Source: Tubulanus polymorphus (lineage: Eukaryota > Animalia > Nemertea). Taken from it: a stretch of DNA of 64,000 nucleotides. Position 1 is the first letter of the stretch. Each line of letters begins with the position of its first letter. Below the pieces are notes generated by a model. That model did not search any database. It was not told the origin of the DNA and saw only the letters and a list, made by a program, of their open reading frames with translations. Position numbers and translations under genes: made by a program. Shown piece by piece: positions 31,875 to 45,100 of this stretch. The stretch spans positions 4,310,485-4,374,484 of the forward strand of contig NC_134027.1 in assembly GCF_964204645.1 (NCBI RefSeq). The letters are read 5' to 3'.

Positions 31875-33042
31875 CTTAACACGAGTGGAGTAAACACTGC
31901 GTTATTGTTTTAACTATGATGAGTTCGATGGATTACTGATGAATTCATGTGCTGATAGATAACAGTACTTGTCATTTATTTCAGAAATGATTTTTAAGTT
32001 TGAAACTTTCTGAATCTTTTGAAAAGTTAATACCGGTATTAGTCAGATGAGTCTTCTATTCTATGTTGTTAAAAAGGTCTTTGTCTTGCATGGCTACCAA
32101 TACATATGAGTAAGAAATACTTTTTCCATTGAATGGCAACATAAGATTTTAGAACATAAACAATTTACTGTTCCTCCTATGAACAGGATGAATAAATTTT
32201 ATTTGTTTCATGATTAAGTCTTATAGTCTTGTAATGATACACCCAATATATGCATGTCCATGTTCACCTATACGCAGCATATATAATTTGTGGGGTGTTA
32301 CACTGTAATTGTTGTTTTGTATAAAATCAAATTATTTGTAAATAAAATTTATTTCATTACAAAGAAAATATGTTGTATGTTATCCAAACCAAGGACAACC
32401 ATTTGATCATCTGTATTGTAATAAAGCATTACAGTAGGCTTCGTGCGGGATTGATATTATTTCTTGAGGCAAGCAAATTAACGATAGGTCACCAACACTT
32501 GAATCGGAGTAGTAATCTAAACATTGTGGTGGGTCACACGAATCTGGCAATCAGCTCCGTGACTCGGTCCAACTAAAAGTTCAAAGTTATTGCATATTCA
32601 AAGTTAACGATAAGGTTACAAATTCGGTTTATTTATAAGAGCTCAGACCACTATTCTAAAATCTTCTAAATCGTATGAAAAATAAATTCGAGCGTTAAAT
32701 TCAAATATAAGCTCGTAAATCCAGGGGAAATCCTGCTTATGGCTACGCTTTGATTTGGTTTTCTCCACGCCCCACAACCTAACTTTTGAAATAATCAGAC
32801 CTTTAGAAAGGAGGGGTATCCCGGTACACTTTTGCCAGTATATCAGAACCGAATGTTTAAGGGAATCCCCATCGTGGATGCCATAAGAAGATTGCCAATA
32901 TGGCTGTTGCTAAGTAATCCATTTAAACGGAACTTAATGTGGAATCTGCAGTCTTGAAAAAGCTACAGAAACAACGAGTATTATTGTTGAATAAGACACT
33001 GGACCTACCCAACCCACATGTTCCCAATGTTTTAAAACAGCA

Positions 33043-36000
33043 ATGGCATCGGCAGCGCATATCAAAAACTATGGACGTTCAACAAACTCTTCCATTTGTA
33101 GTAGAAAATGCACGCGGCTGAGCATCCGTGCGAAGACTTGCAGTAGGGAAAAGGATTTTATTTATTACCCGTTAAAAAAATCTCCAAATAAATCGCATAG
33201 TGACGCTAGTATCTGCAACGACGCGAATATAGAAAACGACGTAAGATTCCGCTCTGAAGATGCGGTATCCCAGAACAATCTTCAGGTTTCGTCCAAAAAA
33301 GACGGCACTAGCATAGAGGCGATTGCATCATCTCGAAATAGGAACCCAACGGCGACAAGCGAGCATTCAGACGAATCTAATGTGGAAGACAAAAACCATA
33401 CAAAAATCCCATGTAAAAAAGGTCGAAGATCTATAACGTCGAAGGATCTTGAAAATGCAAGGAGCACTTCTCTCAAATCAAATAGACAAAATGACATAAT
33501 CTTGAAAGATGACGATTATTGCGAAATGATAGTTCCCCAAAGGTACCAAAACAAATCCGAAAGAAGCTACTCACAGAAAGTAAAACACTCAGAAAATGCA
33601 GCTGAAACAAAATTGCCACCTGAACCATATGTCATAAATTCTACAATTGTCCCGAAAAGTGATACCGAAAACCAGGAAGATACGCCCAGAATGAATGAGA
33701 ATCAGAAAATATCCGATCCGAAAAATAGACCACAGTTGATGACGCCAAATATCATTACAGGACCCACGACAACTGGAATCCTAACATCTCCATTAACAAG
33801 AGCTATGTATGTGACCATGAAAACACGTGTCATGTATAGATGTATATAAACAACCATCTATTTGGCTCAAGTTCCTGATACGGATAATACAAATTTTCAG
33901 ATTTTTAACAATCTCTATACCTGATCCTAATCTACAAGTAATTACAGTTTTCTAATGCCTGGGAAATGATAAAGACGTAATTTTCTAGGAAAACCTCAAT
34001 CAATGGAGCAGAAAATATCATGCTAACAGGTCTACCTATTACGCCACGCCGCCGGTTACAATTTAACCATATCAACCACGCCAGACTTGCGCAGCACGCA
34101 TGTACGCTTTGGTCAAGGTAAAGTGAATGAAACTTCGTCGTTCTTGTCAGTGAACGTTGAAACTTAATGGAAACAACTAGCCTCTAAAAGTACTCTCAGA
34201 AGTAAACATATTAGCATAATCATTTTCTGGAGGGCTTTTTGTAATTTTTCATTCAAATCTATCAGATCAATGAAATAATTTCTAGTACGGTACTTTGATC
34301 AAGCGTAATACAATTACACTTAAAAAGTATGAATCGATTCGGATGGTATGACTTCTGAGTTCCGAATTACTGTCATAATTGTATTGTCAAAGAAACGAAA
34401 TTTAATTTATTTTTCGTGAAAAAACATCGTAGCCTATAGCAAGCATATGGTTCTTCGTCATAAATATTTATTCATTTCCTATGGTGCCCACTAGGCCTCG
34501 TGTAAAGCTCGTAATTTGTCAATTTGTGGTTTAAATCCTTGCGATATGATATAAAGGACTGGATTATGATCGACGTCCACGCACCGTTCAGTACAAGCCA
34601 TGAATTACTTCCAGTGAGCAGAGACGCCGATATCAACAGTTATACCCGAACCTGACAAGCAAGAAACTGGAGAACAAACTGCGTAATGCATGGGAAACAC
34701 TATCCGAGAAGGACAAATACAAGTATTTCCAGCGAGCGAAAAAAGCAACGGGAGATTTAGATAAATTAGATAGGCCTAAAGGGCAACAACAACTAATGAC
34801 TGAAAGTGAGTATCGTCAAAGTAACCGTGGCAATTACCAAATTGTTTTTCAAATCGACTCAAAAAAAAGAAATATCGATGTCTTCGCTAAAGGAGAATGT
34901 ATATACTTTTCGGAAATTCTCTCTTATGTTGCAATATGGACTTGCACAAATTTTTGACATCAGAATATATATATATATAGAAATGTAGTGCATGTCTCCT
35001 AGTGCTATAGCGATTTCTGTTCGTGAATCATTCCTTAATTAGAAAATTTACCAGCCTGTGCCCCTCTTTATAAGAAATAAAATGAATCATTTTTCTAATG
35101 CATCATTTTCCTATCGTGTCGACCCTCCATTTACGATACACATTGTTTTTCAGTTCAACCAGAATCAGAACAACCATCGTTTACCGACATGTCCGAAAAC
35201 CAACAAAACACGTATTTAGCCGAAAGACTGCTGAAATTTCAACTGGTGCTCTCCACACAGGAATACAACGACTTTTTGAATCTGTTCAAAATGGCCCTGA
35301 AAAATAATTTGGACAAGTGCTCCGTTGAAACAAATCGCGAATTGCTCTCTAGGCAGTTGTTGAACATGATGTTGCGACGTCGAGAGGCCGATATAGAGAA
35401 AACAACTGCACTTGAACAATCGCGAAAACAGCGAGAATTTAATAGTGAATATAGGTGGTTTTTGGAGAGACTTTTAGCGGGAATTCAGTTTCCAGTTAAA
35501 GAAGAACAGCGATCATCGGAACTTACTCGTGTATTAACGGCTGTTGAGGCAGTGGAGCGCAAACGCAATAAACAAGCTAACGGCGGGACTCCACGGAAGA
35601 GACCGAACCGTCAATTAGATCGAATTGCTGTTTATCTTTCAGAAGCCATAGAAAAACGTGATTGTCACGTGCTTGTGATCGGTAACGAACGACTCTGCGT
35701 CCCTAGAATTAAAAACCACGAGTTCGAATCAAACTGTCTCATCGATATCGCTTGTCAATCATCTCTACCAATGTTGACCCCGCGAGATGTAGATAACTCG
35801 GCCATGTCTGCCGACGACAGTATCGCAGTAGGCAATCCAGTATGCAAACTTGTTGAAGATGAATTATTGAAGGATGCAATTTGTATGGTTGCTGATGAAC
35901 TAGAATCGACTAATGACCTGGGTGTAGAAGCGGTCGCGAACGCACTCACTGATTTATTGGTCGGTAGTGATGTCGTTCGTGAAATAGTGGAAGATAATAA

Positions 36001-36052
36001 TCGCGTGGCCGAGTGCCAAGTGAAAACGGGCGATCACATCTATTGTAAATAA
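33043..36052 (+). CDS. Uncharacterised HMG-box protein, about 660 aa, with a disordered N-terminus and C-terminal DHIY motif
   Basis: Exons 33043-33806, 33989-34117, 34615-34805, 35154-36052 join in frame (1983 nt). The spliced sequence HACTLWSSEQRRRYQQLYPNLTSKKLENKLRNAWETLSEKDKYKYFQRAKK is HMG-box-like. The start codon is uncertain. AATAAA overlaps the stop. Confidence 0.72.
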
Positions 36053-39000
36053 AAGTACTCTTGTTAATTAGTTCTCATTTTTTGCTTATAGTGTGTTGTA
36101 GAGGTTACACATGTTTAGGGTTTGCTACAGACTTTATATACATGTATGTAATGTGTCATCCAAGAGGTATCCTATATGAATGGACGCAGATCTCTCAACT
36201 CCCATTATCCTTGTAACTTGCTGTTCTTGGACTATATTCATAGTTCCAGTATGAAAATACTCATGAAAATGTAAAGAAAAAGTACATAACCTGTATAATC
36301 TGTATTGGATTTTGGGTGTGGCATTAGCCACTTCGTGTCTGGTAAACAATACAAGGTATTCTAAAAAGATAAAACCATTCCCGCCACCACTGTCTTCTAA
36401 AATCAGCGATCACATCTTAACACGTACGTACTTTATTCATTTTGTATATATATAGCTTAATGATATCATGACAATTATTTTCTAATTGGATAAACAAAAC
36501 AGCTGTATCTGCATATTATATATACTAGCCTGCAAGTCGTATTTCAGATACGAATGTAGTTTGTGTCTCAGCAATTAATTCACTGGAGAAACTATCCAGA
36601 AAAAAACGTAACATGATCAAATCAATAAATAAAGCGCTGTTGTTTCTTTTTCAATATCATTGATGCAAAAATGAAGCCTAGTATCTTTTTCACTTGGAAG
36701 ACGACTCTTAGATCTAAATAAATGTTCATAATAAATGATCAAGTTAGACGCGGTATATTCTAGCGTGTGAAATTTGCTTTCAAAAACTAGTAGACAAAAC
36801 AATTATTTACAGAAACGAAAAAATCATAACCAAGGAATAGATCCTTGAAACAATACAGATTTAACAAATAAATCATTACTATCAGATCTTAATGTGTCTC
36901 GACACAAATGCATTTAAAGGAACAAAAGAAAAATTGTATCATATTTTAAGGTTGAATATATAAATGCTAGGGTTCCTCTACTAGAAAGATTTTTGGTTTT
37001 GGTGATTAGTAAAAGTAGTAAATCGTAAGATTTAGACGAATACCATAACCAGTGCTAGCAAAAATGACATGCACAATTTTTGCCTGAACTGAAAAAGGTG
37101 CGATTTCCAAAAATGAAAATGAAACGAGGAAAACGAACTACGCAAAAGGTAAATGTTTCAACGAAAATGTTTAAGCCGAAGGTGAGATGGATGAAAGCGG
37201 AAACCAAGAAAACAAATGAGGAAACGCACAACTGCAAACCAAAGCAATTTAAACTACGGACATTTTACGCGAGGTATTATGTTGTAGTATTCAGGGCTGT
37301 GTCTGTGGTTTCCGGAGAAAATCCACGGATACAACCCAGAGGCATGGACTCAATAGAAACTACGAAAAATATATCTTTACAATAAATGAAAAGATAAATT
37401 ACAAACTATACTAATATAAACTATCTTCTTCGATAATTCTTGGACAGAGATCGATTTTCGGACGTTTAATACGTGTCAAAAATGACGTTTTTAAAACTTG
37501 GAAATTCATTTGTTGTCCTCCAAACTGATGAGTCAGTTTATCTAAAGACATTTTTACTGGACGAATCTATTTGGAATGTTTGGTCGAAGTATGTTTGAAT
37601 TTTAATATATCTATTCATACTTGAAGCAAAATTATTGAATATATTGACACATCGATATCAATATGATTAGATACGAAATTATATAGCTTACACATAATTT
37701 AATTAATAATAAATACATTTAAACAGATACTATATCAATTATATATCACTAAACATATTAACAATATTTTATCTTTGTTCTCGGTCGTCTGTATCGTCGT
37801 CATGGAAACGTTTTTAACAGACGAACTCGAAGAACGATATATTTAATAGCAATATCATATCACATTCATAACAATTCAATACTACGATTAATCATATTTT
37901 CTAATTTATATATTAATCATACTAATTTACGAATCAAACGGTTCTTTTTAATCAAGATAAAACATGCTAATTTTAATATACTGTATATGCATTGATTGAC
38001 TAGAATTCACTTCATCTTTTAAATGCGATGCAACCATGAAACTAGAAAAATCTGAGTTTCACGTACGCATATTGCACTTCGTTTATGTAAAAAGAGAAAA
38101 AATTAAAAGACATTTTAAAATCGTTTAAATACATGAATAAATTTTGACTAGAAACGGGCCCTATTGATGTAAAAGCGAGTAAGAAGATTCTCGAGTAAAA
38201 AATGAGTAGCGAGTGTGAGTGTAGACCATAAACCATTAGTTAATGATAATAAGAAGAAAACGATTTTCAACGTGTTTTGAAAGATCTCTCCGTAAAGCGT
38301 AACCAGTCGCCGGCGCACCATCAGCTAATATGTTTGGCGAAGCAGACTGGAAAAAGCACATTTTAGTCAAGAAACGGAAACATAGCCCGCACGTATTGCT
38401 CTACGCGAATTGAACGTTGCTGCTCCTATATGCACGAGGATAATTCTATTCTAGCATACAGTGCATGCATTGCGCTTGCGTTATTGAAGACCAGGACACG
38501 CGTTACGTGTGTTTGGGCTAAATGAACGGAAGCACAAGATACCCGGACACCTCGATGAGGGCAAGGTAGTAAAGAAGTTAATAGAAGTAAACTTGAGGGG
38601 TTGTGAGAGTATACCTGTGAACCGGGAACAATGGGACCCAACCATCACCTTAAATTACGTACCCTTGTACCGAAATATCAACCAACACCACAATACCACC
38701 ACCAGGATATAGCTACATGAAGTTTTTTTTTATTCAATTAGGATATTTTTGTTTCGTCGATTATATTGTGAAATCAACATGATAATATATATTCTATTGT
38801 TTCATATATGTATTAATAGACATCTTTTTGGTAGAAACTTTTTGACAAACGTTTCTCAAATACACGATATATAATATAATTATAATTTTTCATTAATCAT
38901 TTTTGCAAAAAAAAAATATCTACATAAAATCGAAGTGATAAGACCATCAGAAAACAAGATGTTACATCATGATCAGAAAACGAAGAGAAAATACCGGTGC

Positions 39001-42000
39001 ATAATACATATAAATTGCACGGTATTTTTAGGTATCCAGAGACGCTATTGTGCAGGATCACATAGGAAAAATAACATTGAACATTTCTGTGTGAGGGCAC
39101 TAAGACGTCATTTCTGGAAAAAAGGTTATATTAAAAATAAATTCATCCATGGAAATTACGATTTGCATTTAAAGTAAATAAATTATCACAACAAAAATGT
39201 GGTCAGCTTTTTAATTAGATTTTTCTGATGTCAAATAATGGATAGAACATACAAATACAGTCGCTTCAAAATAAATGATCATCATCACATCAGTAACGCA
39301 TTTCTGACCAATGTCATACTGTAGGTTCAGGTCACAGAGCAGTGCCTTACGACGATGATAATGACATTTAATACCGCTTGAATATGTACTTGTATTTTCT
39401 ATGTACATCATGAACAGGAAATGTGATTGAAGCATTTAAAAACCTTTCAGAAAATATAAAATTCCGCTGAAAAATTACAATACATCTAAATATTCTGCGC
39501 TAACAAGATAGATTCACTGGCTTGTCTTAAACTCAATTTGGGGGAATTCTATTCTCTTCTATATTTGCTCATTATTTGTTTCCATACATGATTGGTCAGA
39601 GAAAGAATTATCCTTAAATGCTTGTCAGTGACGAATTACTACTATGAGATGGATGTCAACCATACTGTCGGATTAATACTTCTATCAAAATGTCGCCTAT
39701 CACTCATCTACACACACATACATCCTCTACGTACACAATTCCACCTGCCTCGTTATTAAAAACTTGTGGAATGCGAGTAGATTTTATGCATAAAAGGCAC
39801 TTGAATATGTAGTCAGAAACAGCCATTTCGGCAGCTATAAGAATGTTAGATGATGCTCGATACATCACCAGGGACAGATTCAATGGACAGACGTGATTTA
39901 TCACAAGAGTGTGGACAGAATTTAGATACATCATATTGTTACAATTCTAGGGGTATAGAACTTAGAGAACTTCAAAACACTCGAGAGAATTATAAATCTA
40001 TATTCGAAAGTACAGTTTTGGTTACATAGGGCGTGTTTTAGAAACTACCATCGAACTGATACAGTACATACACAGTAGTTACACTAACATCTAAGCCCTA
40101 TCTATGTACGTGTACATTTGCATCTAAAAAGCCTGCGGAAAATTCGAAAAGGTTTTACACTCAGCACACTTTAGCATCAACATTTTCTATTTCGATACAA
40201 TTGCTTTCCGGCGTCGTTAGTTTCCATTCATAGTTAGTCCGGAAGCCTTACAAAATTCTGGAATTTGTATAGCACTGTCGCAGTGAGACTCGGAATTGAA
40301 TTGGAGGTTCGTGTGCTTCGAATATCGAGTAGTATGCACTACGAATGTTGTTAGAGAGATTAGAAATTGGATGAATCGCTCGCAATCAGTCGAACTACAA
40401 AAAGTTACATAAAAGAAAAATATTTAAATCATTTAGTACAAGAACATTATTCAAAATGAAAATATCATGGGAGCGATTGATTCTCATTTGATTGGCCACT
40501 TAGCGAAATTACTAAATTGATTTTGGTTAGATTAGATTAATGTGAATATGATGATCCACTATAGATAGTAAATTTACATCCGCACAGAAATGAAAAATCT
40601 AATTATTAGTATCTCGATATCTAATCGCTCTACTGTAATTAAAGAAAAATAAAGCGAAGCACGTTGTGCTTTAAGCAATTTGAGCACATAAAAGGTTTGC
40701 TTTTTGCATATAAGATGTCTGTATAGACTTGCATATTGGAACGTTACTAGCGCTTGGCTTATGGAAGAACTTTAAGTGAGCATGCATCTTATCATATGAG
40801 GACGCCATACAAATATTCCTGTACACAAAAATAAAGGGCAGTTTTTCTAGGTTCCATCTGCGACATCACCACAAATGAATTATACAGATCGGTAACGCAA
40901 CATTCATCTTCATACGATTAGTTTTAAAAGTCTAAAAAGTACGAAAATATTTTGCAAATGGAGATTTACGAGGCACATTACATAGAAATTACATGGTATA
41001 CATATCGTTATGGAAGACGTGGGAGAATGCATAAAATTGATAATTCGGTCATTCGGCCCCAAGTTATGAATGGCTTAAACTGGAATTCAAGTCCTTTGAC
41101 ACAACTTATTACTTGAAGCGAATGACCAACAACGATCCGATTGCATTTAGATCACAGAGCAAGGATCATATAAAACCGTTCACATAAAAACGCAAAAGCA
41201 CAAACAGCCCTACCACTGACTGGTATTTAGTTATTCCGTAGGCCATCGTCGACTGTAGTCTGAAAATTGGAATGTTGACCTCAAATAAACAATATCTAAC
41301 TACCTCATCAGTGAAGATGCTGACTAAATCTATCTTTTATACGATCTACTCTGAAACATATAACATCACTTTACTCAAAATTATTTTCAACAACACTATT
41401 ACACTCAATATTTACAACTATTATAATAGCAAAGACACATTATAGGTAGACAACATCTCAAAAACACATGACTAAAATTAAGGGGTTCACTCATGATTCA
41501 AGGCTAGCAATCTATCACTGATTTGATGGTAAAATACGCGCGATGTCCTGTGAATTAAAATCAGATTTTTTTCATTGTATATACATTTAAATCTTAAAAA
41601 TAAAATCCACAGGACATTTATCATCAAACAGGGCACCATCTAATTATGACAAATCTGTCATCACGTGAAACATACAGAAATAACTAATACGCTCTCAATA
41701 TCATAAGCTTCTTTACAAATAAACGACCAGATTTTTCACATTTTGATATATTTCTGGGCAAGCATATCGCCTCTGCACTAACTGCAAGTCCGAAAAAAAT
41801 ATTGGATATATTGCCAACATCTTATACTCGAGAAATGCATATTCTGTTCAAATTGGACCCGTCCGTTATGAAAACGGTCCGACTTTGGTCCACAATAACG
41901 ACTTAGAATAAAATAACAAATGAGGAATGTATATATGACACTTTAACGGCGCATACCGTGTACTAAGTGATTCGGTTTCTGACAGAAAGGGAGAGTGCTT

Positions 42001-42162
42001 ACAAGGCAGCAGCGAATCATACAGCACCACTATCAATATATACTCAAACTTAATACTCAATGATTTCATCTAATGCTGCATGACAAAGGAAGACTTGGAA
42101 TTTGAAAGATTTCCGTCGATGAAAACACCTTATTCAACGTTGAAATAGCTCTTTCCGTAAAA

Positions 42163-45100
42163 CTACTGAGCAGCGGCCACCGGCTGAGCAATCAACAGAT
42201 CGATGAATCTATTTCCAAATGGTTTCCTGCCTCTTTCAGCAACAGCTCGTTCAGCTTCAACTCTCGATGCAAACGTCACATATGCTTCACCACTTGGACG
42301 ACCATCAGCTCCCTGTTGTACCTGAATATCAGGTGGAATCTGAAATCATAGACAGAAAAAACCCTGTTAGTCTGAACTCTATAGTGAATATAACAAATAT
42401 CCGCAGTTTTCAAACCCTTACCTCGAATACACCTTCAAAGAAGCCCATGATGTCTTGTGCAGAGGTGTTGAAAGGTAGGCCTTTAACTACAACTGTTGTT
42501 GGGCAGGCTTGAACGTAGTACGAACTCTGAGGAGAAACGGGAGGACTAGGATACCAGTACAGTATAGGTTGATGATACGGGAATCCCGGACGATGTTGAA
42601 GAGTTTGAGCAGCAGCCATATTCAAACCATTCAACCCATTTAAGCCGTTTAAACCATTCACAGCTGGAATCTGTGGAAGCTGGGTTCCAGCACCCATAGC
42701 TGCAAGTGCTGCTGCGGCAGCTGGATGAGGAACATGCTGAGCAGAGGATACTATTGGTGGTTGGAAAGGATACGCCGCTGCTTGTGGTGAAGCAGATACA
42801 GGAACTGCTGGGGGATATCCTGCTCCCGGAATCAGACCAACTGCAGGATTCGGAACACCAGGAACTGTAATGATATCAAGTTATGAACTTCAAAATGTGA
42901 ACTACAACGTTAAGATTTATGTCTTACAATTAGTGTTAATTTAAAAGCAGCAGTGAAATCGGAACTTCCAACATATTTCCCCATTAAAATTTGCAGTTTA
43001 ATCATCATTCCTGAGATTATTTATGAGACCATACGGTCATAGATAGTTATAAAATAACTAACCTGGTGACATTAATTGCCTTTGCATAACTGGTGGTGGC
43101 ATCGCTTGCGGTATTTGCGGAAGGGCTGGTGGTGGTAGACCATTCGTCAGGATTAGGTTCATATCTTCTCCGGAGCTCTGCAGCACTTCGATATAACGCT
43201 TTTTATTACCGATTATCATGTATTTCTTGTGTCTGTTGATGGCTGCTGATTCTGCTGCTATGTCGCTGTTCATTTGAATAAACGCTTCGCCAGAGAAAGC
43301 ACCCTACAACCAGCAGAAAGAGACGAGTAACATACGAGGTCGTGATGTAGTACAATGATGTAGTACAACGTGATGCACTGGGATTAAGGGTAACATCAAA
43401 TGAAATATTCCAGCGCATTTTCTAACTTGCGAGAGACATCGCTTAAGGAAATTTAATCCCCTAATTATCAGTTGAGGCACATTACATGCGTTAAGTGCTA
43501 CGCTACATTTGCAAATAATGATGAGGACGCTACGCACACTAATGCAAGGAAGAGATAAACAGCAATAAAACCGTTGTCTGTAAATGGATTGGTGAGTCTT
43601 ACAAGTATACTGGACACCATACAAAAACTGATTCAGAGAAAAGGCTTACGTTCATACATCAGTTTGATAAAATTATTCAAAAATAGCCAGCCATGTTTAT
43701 ATGTACCTGTGCATTGTATACCATGTGAACACCTTGGAAGACGATATTTCTGGAATGCTCCCCAAGGAAAGTCAGTATATCGGTAACAGTACATTCGAAA
43801 GGCAATCCTCTCAGTCGAATACAGTCCTTGGCTGTTCCACAGATAATGGCTTGCTGAGGCAACATCGGCAATGGTTGCTGTGGAAGTTGGGCAATTAATG
43901 GTGGCTGGTTTGGTAGATCATTATCTCCAAGGCGAGCTTCAGCCGTTTGATTCAGCACCTAATAAAAGATAATGAAAAAATAATGATGCACATAGTACTA
44001 AGTTTTTAAAAAAGCAATGGCAATTTCAGTAAGTTGTTGATTTGAAATCGAATTAGCCATACCTGTTGTACTTCAGCAGTTGTACTCTTAAACAGTTCGA
44101 TGTATCTAGTACCGATGCACTGTTTATGTTTAGATAGCGCTTTGTTCGCTTCATCTTCTGTTGGGAACAGCACGAACGCATCACCAGTCGATCGACCATC
44201 CGGATGTTTTACGAATAGAACACCCTCTTCACCATCCAACACTTCAGCTGGTATTTCACCACCTCGGAAGAATTGCAACTGAAAGGGTAAATGAGCCAAA
44301 TCCAGAATTGTGCTGCCCCACACCTCTATACCACACAATATTACTCTCTCAACACTATCAATCAGTTAATTATTTATACCATACAGCATGAGATAGGACT
44401 TCATGTGTTACGCAACGTACGTATAATTTATATGGTCATAAGTAAATATTAATTTCGCTCATAAACTGTATGGAATAAATTACCATTATACCGGTAGCTT
44501 TCAACCAATCACAAGAAGGAGATGTGAATTTCTGACTAAGCAGGGACTCGAAAAGAAAAACCCTGTCTTATTTAACCATAAAGAGGCCATATAATGCTAC
44601 CATACGGTTGACAAATGAACTCTTTAATAAGAATAAATGAAAGTTTTAGTCCGCCGGACCGAGAGCTTTGAAGACTTGAAAAAGTTATCACACCAGACCA
44701 CGCTATAAAGCTTCCAATACGGTTAGAAGCTATAAACAACCTTCCCTAAATAGATAACAAAATCGTTAGTTCAGACCGTTTTCTAATCTAGCTGACACAT
44801 AAAATGGCATAGTTTCTTTTAGAATAAATGGCTGACCAGCGTAATTTTGCGCATTGTAACCATTTGCAGGGCAGATCACCAGCAATTTAAGGAAAATAAA
44901 GGGGACCTGTTACAAAAAAATTAAAATGAAAACCAGGAAAATAAATTAAGATAAAACCTAGTCCATGCTGTTCACCAAGATATAATAACAGAATTTCGAA
45001 ATTAGTATACAAGTTTCAAAGATTTTATTGGAAGGCGGTTGTAATTAATGCAAAAATGTAAAAAAGCAAAAACCTCAATTCATAGATTAGCGCGCACCGA

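Noticed and set aside
32938-33120. CGIC...CSQC...C pattern upstream of and in frame with the HMG-box gene, suggesting a RING/zinc finger
   Set aside because: An in-frame TAA at 32992 and further stops upstream interrupt it, and the spacing is not canonical.
37080-37385. Lys-rich 101-aa ORF
   Set aside because: TTG start, A-rich low-complexity sequence (complement of U-rich UTR-like DNA) and no splice support.
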